The position numbers and the translations under genes were made by a program. Below, in pieces: positions 30,279 through 38,867 of a stretch of DNA of 64,000 bases. The stretch's first letter is position 1; every line of letters starts with the position of its first letter. Source of the DNA: Dehalococcoidia bacterium (lineage in GTDB: Bacteria; Chloroflexota; Dehalococcoidia; UBA2979); the NCBI GenBank assembly GCA_963667465.2, contig CAXXDN010000001.1:544001-608000 (forward strand), read 5' to 3'. Under the pieces are notes generated by a model. That model ran no database searches. It had not been told where the DNA came from and saw nothing but the letters and a program-made list of their open reading frames with translations.

Positions 30279-31958
30279 CTAAGTGTACGCGTCGCCCGCG
30301 CCGGGCAGATCGGCGAGCGAGATGATCGGCGAGGCGTCCTGCGCGGTCAGCGCGTCGATCAGGTACGGCCCCGGTGTGGAGAGCGCCGTTTGCAGCGCCA
30401 CCTCGAACGCCTCGAGGTTCGTGACGCGCTCGCCCTGGCCGCCCATCGCCCGCGCGACGCCGGAGAAGTCGACATCGGAGAAGAGCGAGCGCAGCGGCTG
30501 CTCGCGCCGCGCCTCGATGTGCGTGATCCAGGCGAGCGCGGCGTTGTTGAGCACGATGTAGGTGAGGTCCAGCCCGAGCCGCGCGGCCGTCTCGAACTCG
30601 CTCAGGCAGTAGCCCCAGGCGCCGTCGCCGGTGAGCAGCACCATGCGCCGATCGGCCGGCGTCGCCAGCCGCGCGCCGACCGCGCCGCCGCCGCCCCAGC
30701 CGATGCCGGCGAGGCCGCGCGGCGCGATGAAGGAGCGGGGCCGGCGCACAGGCACGAAGGCCGCGCCCCAGCCGGAGGAGAGCGAGGCGTCGCAGACCAG
30801 CACGTCGTCCTCGCGCAGCGCCTCGCCGAGCACGTCGGCGAGCAGATGCGGCGGGATCGCGCCCGCCGGGTCGGGCTGCGCGGCGCCGCCCTCGCCCTCG
30901 AGCGATTCGAGCCAGTTGGCGCGTGGTGCGCGCCCCTCGAGGGCGTTCGTGATGGCGCTGGCGGTCTCGCGCGCGTCGGCGACGATGCCGAGCGCGACCG
31001 GGCCGGTGCGCCCGATCTCCTCGCCGTCCAGATCGGCGTGGATCACGGCCTGGCCGGGTCCGGGGATCTGCCAGGAGTGCGTGGTCAGCGAGCCGAGCTT
31101 GCAGCCGAGCACCAGCACCACGTCGGCGGCCTGCAGCGCGGCGTTGCCGCGCACGGTGCCGAACTGGCCCGCCGCGCCCGCGGCCAGCGGACTGGTCTCG
31201 TCGATCGTGCCCTTGCCGCTGATCGAGGTGGTGACCGGGATCTGCTGCGCCTCGGCCAGCGCGCGGACGGCCAGCGAGGCGTCGCTGAAGGTCACGCCGC
31301 CACCGGCGAGGATCAGCGGCCGCTCGGCCGCGGCGAGCAGCGCGGCGGCCTGCTCGACGGTCTCGGGCGGCGGCGCGCTGCGGTGGCGCGGGTAGGCGAA
31401 GTCTGCCGGGCTCCAGTCCAGCGGTCCCGGGGGTGGCTCAACCGCCTCGGCGGAGAAGACGTCCTCGGGGATCTCGAGCACCACGGGGCCCGGCCGTCCG
31501 CCGGTCGCGACGCGCAGCGCCTGCGCGAGCACCGGCTCGAGGCTGTCCGCCGTCTCCACGCGGCCGACCCACTTCGTGACCGGGGCGAGCAGCGCCGCCT
31601 GGTCGAGGGCCTGCGAGGCGGCGGCGCGCCGCCTGAGGTGCGCCCGATCGCGGCGGATGTCGGCGACGATCGCGATCACGGGGATCGAGGAGCCGTACGC
31701 CTCGGCGAGGCCGGAGACGAGGTTCGTCGCGCCCGGTCCGACCGTGGCGTCGCAGAAGCCGACGCTGCCCGAGAGCCGCGCGTGAGCGTCGGCGGCGCAG
31801 GCGGCGGCGCGCTCGTCGCGCATCAGCACGTGCTGCAGGCCGGCGTCCTCGACGGCGGCGTAGAAGGGCAGCGTCTGCCCGCCGGGGACGCCGAAGACCG
31901 CGCCGACTTCGCCGGCGGCGAGGATGCGCGCGAGGCGGGCGCCGACGGTCTCGCTCAT
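30279..31958 (-). CDS. Thiamine-diphosphate-dependent enzyme (acetolactate synthase-like)
   Basis: FGVPGGQ, RDE, GPGATN and the TPP motif GDGA...LNN. Confidence 0.9.
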   Translation of the reverse strand: MSETVGARLARILAAGEVGAVFGVPGGQTLPFYAAVEDAGLQHVLMRDERAAACAADAHARLSGSVGFCDATVGPGATNLVSGLAEAYGSSIPVIAIVADIRRDRAHLRRRAAASQALDQAALLAPVTKWVGRVETADSLEPVLAQALRVATGGRPGPVVLEIPEDVFSAEAVEPPPGPLDWSPADFAYPRHRSAPPPETVEQAAALLAAAERPLILAGGGVTFSDASLAVRALAEAQQIPVTTSISGKGTIDETSPLAAGAAGQFGTVRGNAALQAADVVLVLGCKLGSLTTHSWQIPGPGQAVIHADLDGEEIGRTGPVALGIVADARETASAITNALEGRAPRANWLESLEGEGGAAQPDPAGAIPPHLLADVLGEALREDDVLVCDASLSSGWGAAFVPVRRPRSFIAPRGLAGIGWGGGGAVGARLATPADRRMVLLTGDGAWGYCLSEFETAARLGLDLTYIVLNNAALAWITHIEARREQPLRSLFSDVDFSGVARAMGGQGERVTNLEAFEVALQTALSTPGPYLIDALTAQDASPIISLADLPGAGDAYT

Positions 31959-33193
31959 GCGGAGCCTCCATCCGTGGCCGCTGGAGCCGTCGATTCCTCG
32001 AAGCGCTCGGCGCGCGATCGCAGCTCCTCGGGGAGCTCCTGGCCGGCGTCGGCGTAGGCGCGGCGTGCCGCCGCGCCGCCGCGGCTAAAGGCGTGCTCGA
32101 AGCTGCCCTCGAACCAGTCGCGGCTCTGCAGGACGCGCGGCATGTGGCCCTGGAACTGCGGCATCACGTAGCGCGCCAGCAGCTCGTAGCTGCGGAACGT
32201 CGCCTGCGTGTCCGCCCACTCGTGCGCGAGGCAGAGGATCCCGCCGAGGCCGTCCGAGCGCTCCAGCACGCCCTCGATCTGCTCGATCACGTCGTCGGGT
32301 GTGCCGATAGCGAGGCCGCCCTCATCGATCGCCGCGCGCACGTCCAGGCCGGTGGCGCCGAAGGCCTCGCCGAAGGCTTTGCTCTGGTGCTCGTCGGCGA
32401 GGTCGCCGATGTAGGCGCGGCGGCCGTAGCCGTCCTCGACCTCGGCGATCGCCTGCTCGCGGCTGGTCGCGATGTGGATCGGCAGCACCACGCGCCAGGT
32501 CCCGCGGTCGGCCTTATTGCCGGCCTCGGCCGCGGCGTCCTCGACCCAGCCCCAGGTGCGCGTGAAGCCGTCGTGGCTGGCCCCGGCGACGGAGAGCAGG
32601 CCGATGCCGTAGCGGCCGGCCGCCGTCGCGCCCGAGGGCGTGAAGGTGGTGGTGACGGCCACCTCGAGGTGCGGCTTCGTGAAGTTGGGCAGCTGCAGCC
32701 GCGCCTCGTTGAGCGTGAACCAGTCGGTCTCCACCGTGACCGGCTCGTTGCCGCGCAGCAGCCCGAGGATCGCCTCGATCGACTCGTACATCATGCGCCG
32801 CTGCTCGGTCGGGTCGATGCCCAGCATGTAGGCGTCCGAGGTGAGCGCGCCGGGACCGACGCCGAGCATCGCGCGGCCGTGCGTGAGGTGGTCCAGCATC
32901 TGCATCCGGTCGGCGACCAGCAGCGGGTGGTGGTAGGGCAGGCTGAGCACGCCGGTGCCGAGGCGGATGCGGCGCGTACGCTCGGCGGCGGCGGCGATGA
33001 AGGCGACGGGGTCCGCGATCGTCTCCCGCGCGCCGCTGTGATGCTCGCCGATCCAGGCCTCGTCGAAGCCCAGTTCGTCGAGGTGCTCGATCAGCCGCAG
33101 GTTGCGCTGCAGGCCGAGCGTGAGGTTCTCGCCGACCCGATGGAAGGGGGCGAGGAAGATGCCGAACTTCATGTGTTCCGGCCGGTAGGTCAT
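31955..33193 (-). CDS. LLM-class flavin-dependent monooxygenase
   Basis: KFGIFLAPFH, GFDEAWIGEHHS, SLPYHHP and GPGALTSDA. Confidence 0.9.
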   Translation of the reverse strand: MTYRPEHMKFGIFLAPFHRVGENLTLGLQRNLRLIEHLDELGFDEAWIGEHHSGARETIADPVAFIAAAAERTRRIRLGTGVLSLPYHHPLLVADRMQMLDHLTHGRAMLGVGPGALTSDAYMLGIDPTEQRRMMYESIEAILGLLRGNEPVTVETDWFTLNEARLQLPNFTKPHLEVAVTTTFTPSGATAAGRYGIGLLSVAGASHDGFTRTWGWVEDAAAEAGNKADRGTWRVVLPIHIATSREQAIAEVEDGYGRRAYIGDLADEHQSKAFGEAFGATGLDVRAAIDEGGLAIGTPDDVIEQIEGVLERSDGLGGILCLAHEWADTQATFRSYELLARYVMPQFQGHMPRVLQSRDWFEGSFEHAFSRGGAAARRAYADAGQELPEELRSRAERFEESTAPAATDGGSA

Positions 33194-33318
33194 GCCGCCC
33201 GCCTTCCGAATCTGGCTCGCACGCGCATCATAGCCTGCACCGCCGCTACCATCGGCCCCGACACATGACCCGGGGAGCCTGCCCGACCGCGACACGGGCG
33301 AGGGATGGAGGCGAGACG

Positions 33319-34227
33319 ATGCTGCAGCTTGGCGCGCACCTTCCACAGAACGAGTTCGGCGAAGACGTGCCCGCGCTCCGCGACTACGTCATCGGCGCCG
33401 AGGCGATCGGCTACGACTACATGATCATGGGCGAGCACATCCTCAGCCACGATGCCTCGACGCAGGCGCCGCAGACCCGCGAGGAGCCCCGCCCTTACAC
33501 CCCGGACTGGGTCTGGCACGAGCCGATGGTGCTGTTCGGCTACCTCGCGGCGGTCACGGAGCGCATCAAGTTCATGCCCAGCGTCATGGTGCTGCCGATC
33601 CGCCAGGCCACCCTTGTCGCCAAGCAGGCCGCCGAGGTCGACGTGCTCTCCGGCGGCCGTCTGATCCTCGGCATCGGCGTGGGCTGGAGTGGCCTCGAGT
33701 TCGAGGCGATGAACGAGGACTTCCGAACGCGCGGCCGCCGCGCCGAGGAGCAGATCGACCTCATGCGGCGGCTCTGGACCGAGCCGATCGTCGACTACGA
33801 GGGCCGCTTTCACCGCATCCAGGGCGGCGGGCTCAATCCTCGCCCGGCCGCATCGATTCCGATCTGGGCCGGGGGCATGAGCGAGCCGGTGCTCAACCGG
33901 ATCGGCCGCGTCTGCGACGGCTGGAGCATCCAGCGCACCTTCTACACCGAGCTCTCGCCCGAGGACGCCGACGCGCACTTCGCCGAGCGGCTGGAGCAGG
34001 TACACGCGGCTGCGCGTTCGGTCGATCGCGACCCCTCGGAGATCGACCTCGGCGCGGCGATCGACGTGGTCGGGAACACCGTGGAGCAGCAGGTTACGCT
34101 GGCGCGCCAGTGGGAGGCGCGCGGGGCGACGCACCTGGCGCTGCGCACCACCCGCGCGGGCATGGAGGACCTCGACGAGCACCTCGAGGCGCTGCGCGCC
34201 TTCCACGACGCGTACCACGCCGGATAA
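33319..34227 (+). CDS. LLM-class (probably F420-dependent) oxidoreductase
   Basis: Paralogue of 29349-30236 (WHEPMVLFGYLAAVT, RQATLVAKQ); GGAGG RBS. Confidence 0.88.
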   Translation: MLQLGAHLPQNEFGEDVPALRDYVIGAEAIGYDYMIMGEHILSHDASTQAPQTREEPRPYTPDWVWHEPMVLFGYLAAVTERIKFMPSVMVLPIRQATLVAKQAAEVDVLSGGRLILGIGVGWSGLEFEAMNEDFRTRGRRAEEQIDLMRRLWTEPIVDYEGRFHRIQGGGLNPRPAASIPIWAGGMSEPVLNRIGRVCDGWSIQRTFYTELSPEDADAHFAERLEQVHAAARSVDRDPSEIDLGAAIDVVGNTVEQQVTLARQWEARGATHLALRTTRAGMEDLDEHLEALRAFHDAYHAG

Positions 34228-34291
34228 ACACCGGGCGCCTCGCGTGTATCATCCGCGACCGGACGCATAGGACCCGACGGAGGATCGGCAC

Positions 34292-35065
34292 ATGCCCGTC
34301 GCCGAGGTCAACGGCATCGAGCTGTACTACGAGGAGCAGGGCGAGGGCCCCGGCCTCGTATTCCTGCACGGCGCGGCGGGTAACCACATCATCTGGTGGC
34401 AGCAACTACCTGTCTTTCGCGACCGCTTCCGCTGCGTCTCCATCGACCACCGCGGCTTCGGCCGCTCCACGGACCCCGAGGGCGAGAGCGCCGCGCGCTT
34501 CGTCGACGACCTCGAGGCGCTGCTCGACGTGCTCGGCATCGAGCGCACGGCGCTCGTCTCGCAGTCGATGGGCGGGCGCACGGCGCTCGGCTTCGCTGTA
34601 CGCCACCCGGAGCGCGTGAGCGCGCTCGTGCTGGCCGACACCTCGGCCTCGATCGACTGGCCCGAATTCAACGAGGAACTCGAACGCCAGCGCGCCGCGA
34701 TCGGGCTGGCGACCGGCCCGCTGGTGGTGGCGGCGCTCGGGCAGAAGTTCCAGCAGCGCGATCCGGAGCGCGCCTTCCTCTACCGCCAGATCTCCGGCCT
34801 CAACCCGCCTGACGCCGCAGCGACCGCCCGCACCGTCGCGCGGGGCCCGGCCACCCGCGCCGACCTCGACAGCTTCGAGGTGCCGACGCTGCTGATCGTC
34901 GGCACGGACGATCCACTGACGCCGCCCGCCTCGATCCGCCAGCTGCACGAGGCGATACCCGGCTCCGGGTACCGCGAGTTCGCGGACTGCGGCCACTCCG
35001 TCTACTTCGAGGACCCCGAGGGCTTCAACGCCGCCGTCGCGGACTTCCTCGCGCGGCATCCGTAG
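34292..35065 (+). CDS. Alpha/beta hydrolase
   Basis: FLHG, DHRGFGRS, QSMGG and GHSVYFE. Confidence 0.9.
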   Translation: MPVAEVNGIELYYEEQGEGPGLVFLHGAAGNHIIWWQQLPVFRDRFRCVSIDHRGFGRSTDPEGESAARFVDDLEALLDVLGIERTALVSQSMGGRTALGFAVRHPERVSALVLADTSASIDWPEFNEELERQRAAIGLATGPLVVAALGQKFQQRDPERAFLYRQISGLNPPDAAATARTVARGPATRADLDSFEVPTLLIVGTDDPLTPPASIRQLHEAIPGSGYREFADCGHSVYFEDPEGFNAAVADFLARHP

Positions 35066-35087
35066 GAGATCGAGAGGGAGGACACCC

Positions 35088-35929
35088 GTGGGCCTGCTCG
35101 ACGGCAAGAGCGTGCTTGTGACCGGCGCCAGCCGCGGCATCGGCCAGACGATCGCCGAGCACCTCGGTGCGGCGGGCGGCCGCATCGCCTGCGCCGCTCG
35201 CACGCTCGGCGAGGGCGACCACATGCTCGAGGGCTCGCTGGAACGCACCGTCGGCGCGATCCGCGCCGCGGGCGGCGAGGCGACGGCGCTGACGGCCAAC
35301 CTCTCCGAACCGAGGAGTGCGCCGCCCTCGTCGAGCGCGCAGTCGAGGCCTACGGGCCGATCGACGTGCTGGTCAACAACGCCGTGCTTACCTACTTCAC
35401 GCAGCTCGTGGACTACCCGCCGCACCGCTGGATGCGCGCCTTCCAGGTCAACGTCCACGCGCCGTTCCTGCTCTGCCAGGCCGTGTTGCCTTCGATGATC
35501 GAGCGGGGCGGAGGGGCGATCGTGAACATCTCCTCCGGCTCGGCGATCGGGCCGGGGCGCGGGCCGTACCCCGGCCCGTCGCCGAAGGGTCGCGTCGAGT
35601 ACGGCGCGACGAAGGCGGCGCTCGAGCGCTTCACCCAGGGCCTGGCCGAGGAGGTGACGCGCTTCGGCGTCGCCGTCTCCGCCGTCGCGCCCTCGCTGCC
35701 CGTCGCGACACCCGGCACGGTGCTGCACAACGTGATCGCCGAGGGTGACCCGGACTCGGAGCCGGGCAGCCTGATGGCGGAGTGCGTCCTGCTGCTCGCG
35801 ACGGAGCCCGTCGAGCGCGTCGCCGGGCGGGTCTGCTACAGCCAGCAACTGCTCGCTGAGTACGGGCGGCTCGCCAACCCTCGAGGACACATGATCGACG
35901 AGTCCGGATCGGGCTACGCGCAGATCTAG
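35088..35929 (+). pseudogene. SDR oxidoreductase with a -1 frameshift at about 35310 (probably a sequencing error)
   Basis: TGASRGIG in one frame; LVNNA, NISS and YGATK in the next; adding one C at gaac|cgag restores the frame. Confidence 0.85.
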
Positions 35930-35979
35930 GCAGACAGATCCGGACGGATCCGGACGCCGCGTCGCGAAGGAGGCAGGCA

Positions 35980-36870
35980 ATGGACATCCAGCAGGACAGC
36001 GGGCTCTCGGCGCTCTTCGTCTCAACCGAAGAGGAGCGCGTCTGCACGGGCTTCGTCTTCACCGAGGGCCCGGTCTGGATCGCGAGCGACAACTGCCTCG
36101 TCTTCAGCGACATCCACTCCAACCGCACCTACCGCTGGCGGCCGGGCAGCGACAGCGCCGAGGTCTACCGCGAGCCCAGCAACCACGGCAACGGCAACAC
36201 GCTCGACCTCGACGGTAACGTGCTCACCTGCGAGCACTTCGGCCGCCGCGTCGCGAAGACGGCTTACGGAGGCGGCACCGAGACGCTGATCGACTCCTTC
36301 GAGGGCAAGAGCCTGCACAGCCCCAACGACGTCGTCGTGCATAGCTCCGGCGCGGTGTACTTCACCGACCCGGACTACGGCTACAACCGCAACCCCGAGC
36401 CCGTCGCCCGCGAGCTGGACTTCCAGGGCGTCTACCGCGTCGCCCCGGACGGCTCGGTCAGCGTCGTCGAGGACCGGCTCGAGAAGCCGAACGGTCTGAC
36501 CTTCTCGCCCGACGAGTCGCTGCTCTACATCGCGGACTCGAGCGCGCAGCGCAAGGTCTGGCGCTACGAGGTCAACGCGGACGGCAGCCTCGGCGATCGC
36601 ACGCTCTTCGCCGACATGGAACACGACGAGCGCCCGGGCGTCCCGGACGGGATGAAGGTGGACACGGACGGGCGGCTCTGGAGCACGGGCGCGGGCGGCG
36701 TCTGGGTCCTCACTCCCGAGGGCGAGCTTCTCGGCGTCTTCGAAACCGCCGAGCACGCCGCCAACCTCGCCTTCGGCGGCCCGGACTGGTCGACGCTCTA
36801 CCTGACGGCGAACACCTCGGTCTACCGCGTGGAGACCGCAGTCACGGGCATCGCCCCGCACTCCCGCTAG
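35980..36870 (+). CDS. SMP-30/gluconolactonase family protein
   Basis: FTEGPVW, SPND, PNGLTFSPDE and PDGMKVD. Confidence 0.93.
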   Translation: MDIQQDSGLSALFVSTEEERVCTGFVFTEGPVWIASDNCLVFSDIHSNRTYRWRPGSDSAEVYREPSNHGNGNTLDLDGNVLTCEHFGRRVAKTAYGGGTETLIDSFEGKSLHSPNDVVVHSSGAVYFTDPDYGYNRNPEPVARELDFQGVYRVAPDGSVSVVEDRLEKPNGLTFSPDESLLYIADSSAQRKVWRYEVNADGSLGDRTLFADMEHDERPGVPDGMKVDTDGRLWSTGAGGVWVLTPEGELLGVFETAEHAANLAFGGPDWSTLYLTANTSVYRVETAVTGIAPHSR

Positions 36871-36915
36871 CGTCGCTGAGCGGCGGGCTGCGCCCGCTCC
36901 CCCTCACCCCACCCT

Positions 36916-37138
36916 CTCCGGCCGGGGGAGAGGGGGCCGGAGCCGCGCTCGGGGGTCTGTTGCGCCATCGGGACTCCGGCCGGGGGAGAGGGGGCCGGAG
37001 CCGCGCTCGGGGGTCTGTTGCGCCATCGGGACTCCGGCCGGGGGAGAGGGGGCCGGAGCCGCGCTCGGGGGTCTGTTGCGCCATCGGGACTCCGGCCGGG
37101 GGAGAGGGGGCCGGACTGCGCTCGGGGTCTGTTGCGCC
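36916..37138. repeat. 58-nt tandem repeat (3 identical copies plus 1 degenerate)
   Basis: Units start at 36916, 36974, 37032 and 37090; grows out of a CCCTCACCCC..CCCTCTCC..GGAGAGGG REP-like hairpin. Confidence 0.92.
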
Positions 37139-37265
37139 CTGGAACCTCCGAGGGGGCGTGGGGGCGTAGCCCCCGCACAAGAAGAGTCCGAGGAGGGTGG
37201 GTGGGCCAGAGCCGCGCACAGCGCCCGCTCGTCCGGGATGGGGGTGTGATCGGGCGCAGCCCCCG
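37132..37265. repeat. Dispersed intergenic repeat, copy A
   Basis: Colinear similarity to 43657-43790 (gggggcgtgggggc..gccccc, agtccgagg..gggtgggtgggc, cgggatgggg.tgtg, gggcgcagccc). Confidence 0.75.
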
Positions 37266-37268
37266 CGG

Positions 37269-38867
37269 CTAGTCGCAGTCGAGCCAGACGCGGGCGATCT
37301 GGAGGCCGAGGTCGCCGGTGGCGTCGTAGAGGCGGAGGTTGCGCAGCCACGGCTGGTAGACCTCGAAGCGCAGCGCGCCCACCTTCTCGATCCGGTAGGC
37401 CCGCTCCAGCACGCGGTCCCAGATGCGGTGCAGCAGCTCGCGCCGCGCCTCCGGGTCCAGCTCGCGCGACTGGCGCTCCGCCCAGCCGTCGATCTGCGGG
37501 TCGCTGATGCCCCAGCGGTTGAGCGCGCCACCCGTGACCAGCGAGTCATGGAAGTAGGCGTCGGTGGTGAACCCGGCGGGCGCATAGCCGTCGGCGGCCG
37601 CGCCGTAGTCGTTGCCGCTCCAGGCGCGGTTGAAGGCGGCCATGTCCAGCTCGCGCAGCGTCATCGTCACGCCGAGGGCGGCGAATTGCTCGGCGATCCG
37701 CTCGTTGGCGCGCCGGTTCGTGACGTCGTGGTAGTTGCGATAGCGCAGCTCGAACTCGAGCGGCAGCGCGTCGGCCGCCTCGAGCATGCGCTGCGCCTCG
37801 GCCGGGTCGTGGCGCAGCCACGGCCCGAGGGCAGCGCCCTGCGGCTCCTCGTCGAAGGCGAAGATCCAGGGCGTGCTCGGCAGCACCTTCGCGAGGCCCT
37901 CGTGCAGCTCCCCGGCCAGTGCGTCGCGGTCGATCGCAAGCATCAGCGCCTGGCGCACGCGCTCGTCGGCGAAGCGCGCGTCTGCGAGGTCGAGCGCGAT
38001 CCCCCACTGCGAGGCGAACGCCGGCACGAGGTGCAGCCGCGTCTCCGGCAGCTCCTCGATCAGCGCCTGCGCCTCGCTCAGCCGCTCCAGCGGGTTGCTG
38101 ACGTAACCGAACTCACCGCTGCGGAAGCCCTCGAGGCGTCTCAGCGGGTCCGGCTCGATCTCGACATCGAGGCCGTCGAGGAGCACGGGGCCCTCCCAGT
38201 AGTCGGGGTTGCGGCGCAGCCGCAGGCGCTCGCCGGGCGTCGCCTCCTCGAGGATCAGCGGGCCGCTGCCGGCGAGGCCGCGCATGCCCTCGAGCGCGCC
38301 GCTCTCGTGCAGCTCGCGCGGGTAGATGCTGAACGAGCGGCTGCCCAGCGGCAGGTCGAAGTCGGCCTGCGGGCAGCGCAGCGTGATTTGCAGCGTGTGA
38401 TCGTCGAGCGCCTCGCAGTGCTCCATCGCCGCGAGGTAGCCGCGGTGCGCGCCCTCGCGCGCGTAGCGCTCGATCGCCCAGCGCGCGTCCTCGGCGAGGA
38501 GCGGGCGGCCGTCCAGTGGAGGCACGTCCTGCCAGCGCGCCTCGCCGGTGAGCCGGAAGGTGTAGGTCAGCCCGTCAGGCGATCGCTCCCAGGAGCGGGC
38601 CAGCTCCGGCTCCAGCCGCCGCTCGAAGGGATCGAAGGCGGACCCGCCCGCGAAGCGCAGCAGCCGGTTCGCGACCAGGTTGGGCAGCATCAGCGTGCCC
38701 GCGCTGGTCGAGAACGTCGGGTCGAAGGAGACAAGGTCCTGGTGCCAGCCGATGCGCAGCACGCCCCCCTCGAGCGGCTCGCCCGGCGGCTCGTCGAGCA
38801 CGTAGGGCAGTGGCAGGGCCGGGTCGTTGCGCCAGAGCGGCGCGGCGGCTGCAGGCTCGCCGGCTAT
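37269..38867 (-). CDS. ABC transporter substrate-binding protein, family 5 (start uncertain)
   Basis: PELARSWERSPDGLTYTFRL, GSGP, RNPDYW and DERVRQAL; no clear start codon or signal peptide after the upstream gene. Confidence 0.8.
   Translation of the reverse strand: MAGEPAAAAPLWRNDPALPLPYVLDEPPGEPLEGGVLRIGWHQDLVSFDPTFSTSAGTLMLPNLVANRLLRFAGGSAFDPFERRLEPELARSWERSPDGLTYTFRLTGEARWQDVPPLDGRPLLAEDARWAIERYAREGAHRGYLAAMEHCEALDDHTLQITLRCPQADFDLPLGSRSFSIYPRELHESGALEGMRGLAGSGPLILEEATPGERLRLRRNPDYWEGPVLLDGLDVEIEPDPLRRLEGFRSGEFGYVSNPLERLSEAQALIEELPETRLHLVPAFASQWGIALDLADARFADERVRQALMLAIDRDALAGELHEGLAKVLPSTPWIFAFDEEPQGAALGPWLRHDPAEAQRMLEAADALPLEFELRYRNYHDVTNRRANERIAEQFAALGVTMTLRELDMAAFNRAWSGNDYGAAADGYAPAGFTTDAYFHDSLVTGGALNRWGISDPQIDGWAERQSRELDPEARRELLHRIWDRVLERAYRIEKVGALRFEVYQPWLRNLRLYDATGDLGLQIARVWLDCD

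Noticed and set aside
20306-35929. Programmed ribosomal frameshifting at the three broken genes
   Set aside because: No slippery heptamers are present; single-base losses in C/G runs fit sequencing error better.
36916-37138. Possible CRISPR array
   Set aside because: Units are contiguous and identical with no unique spacers, and there are no cas genes in the window.
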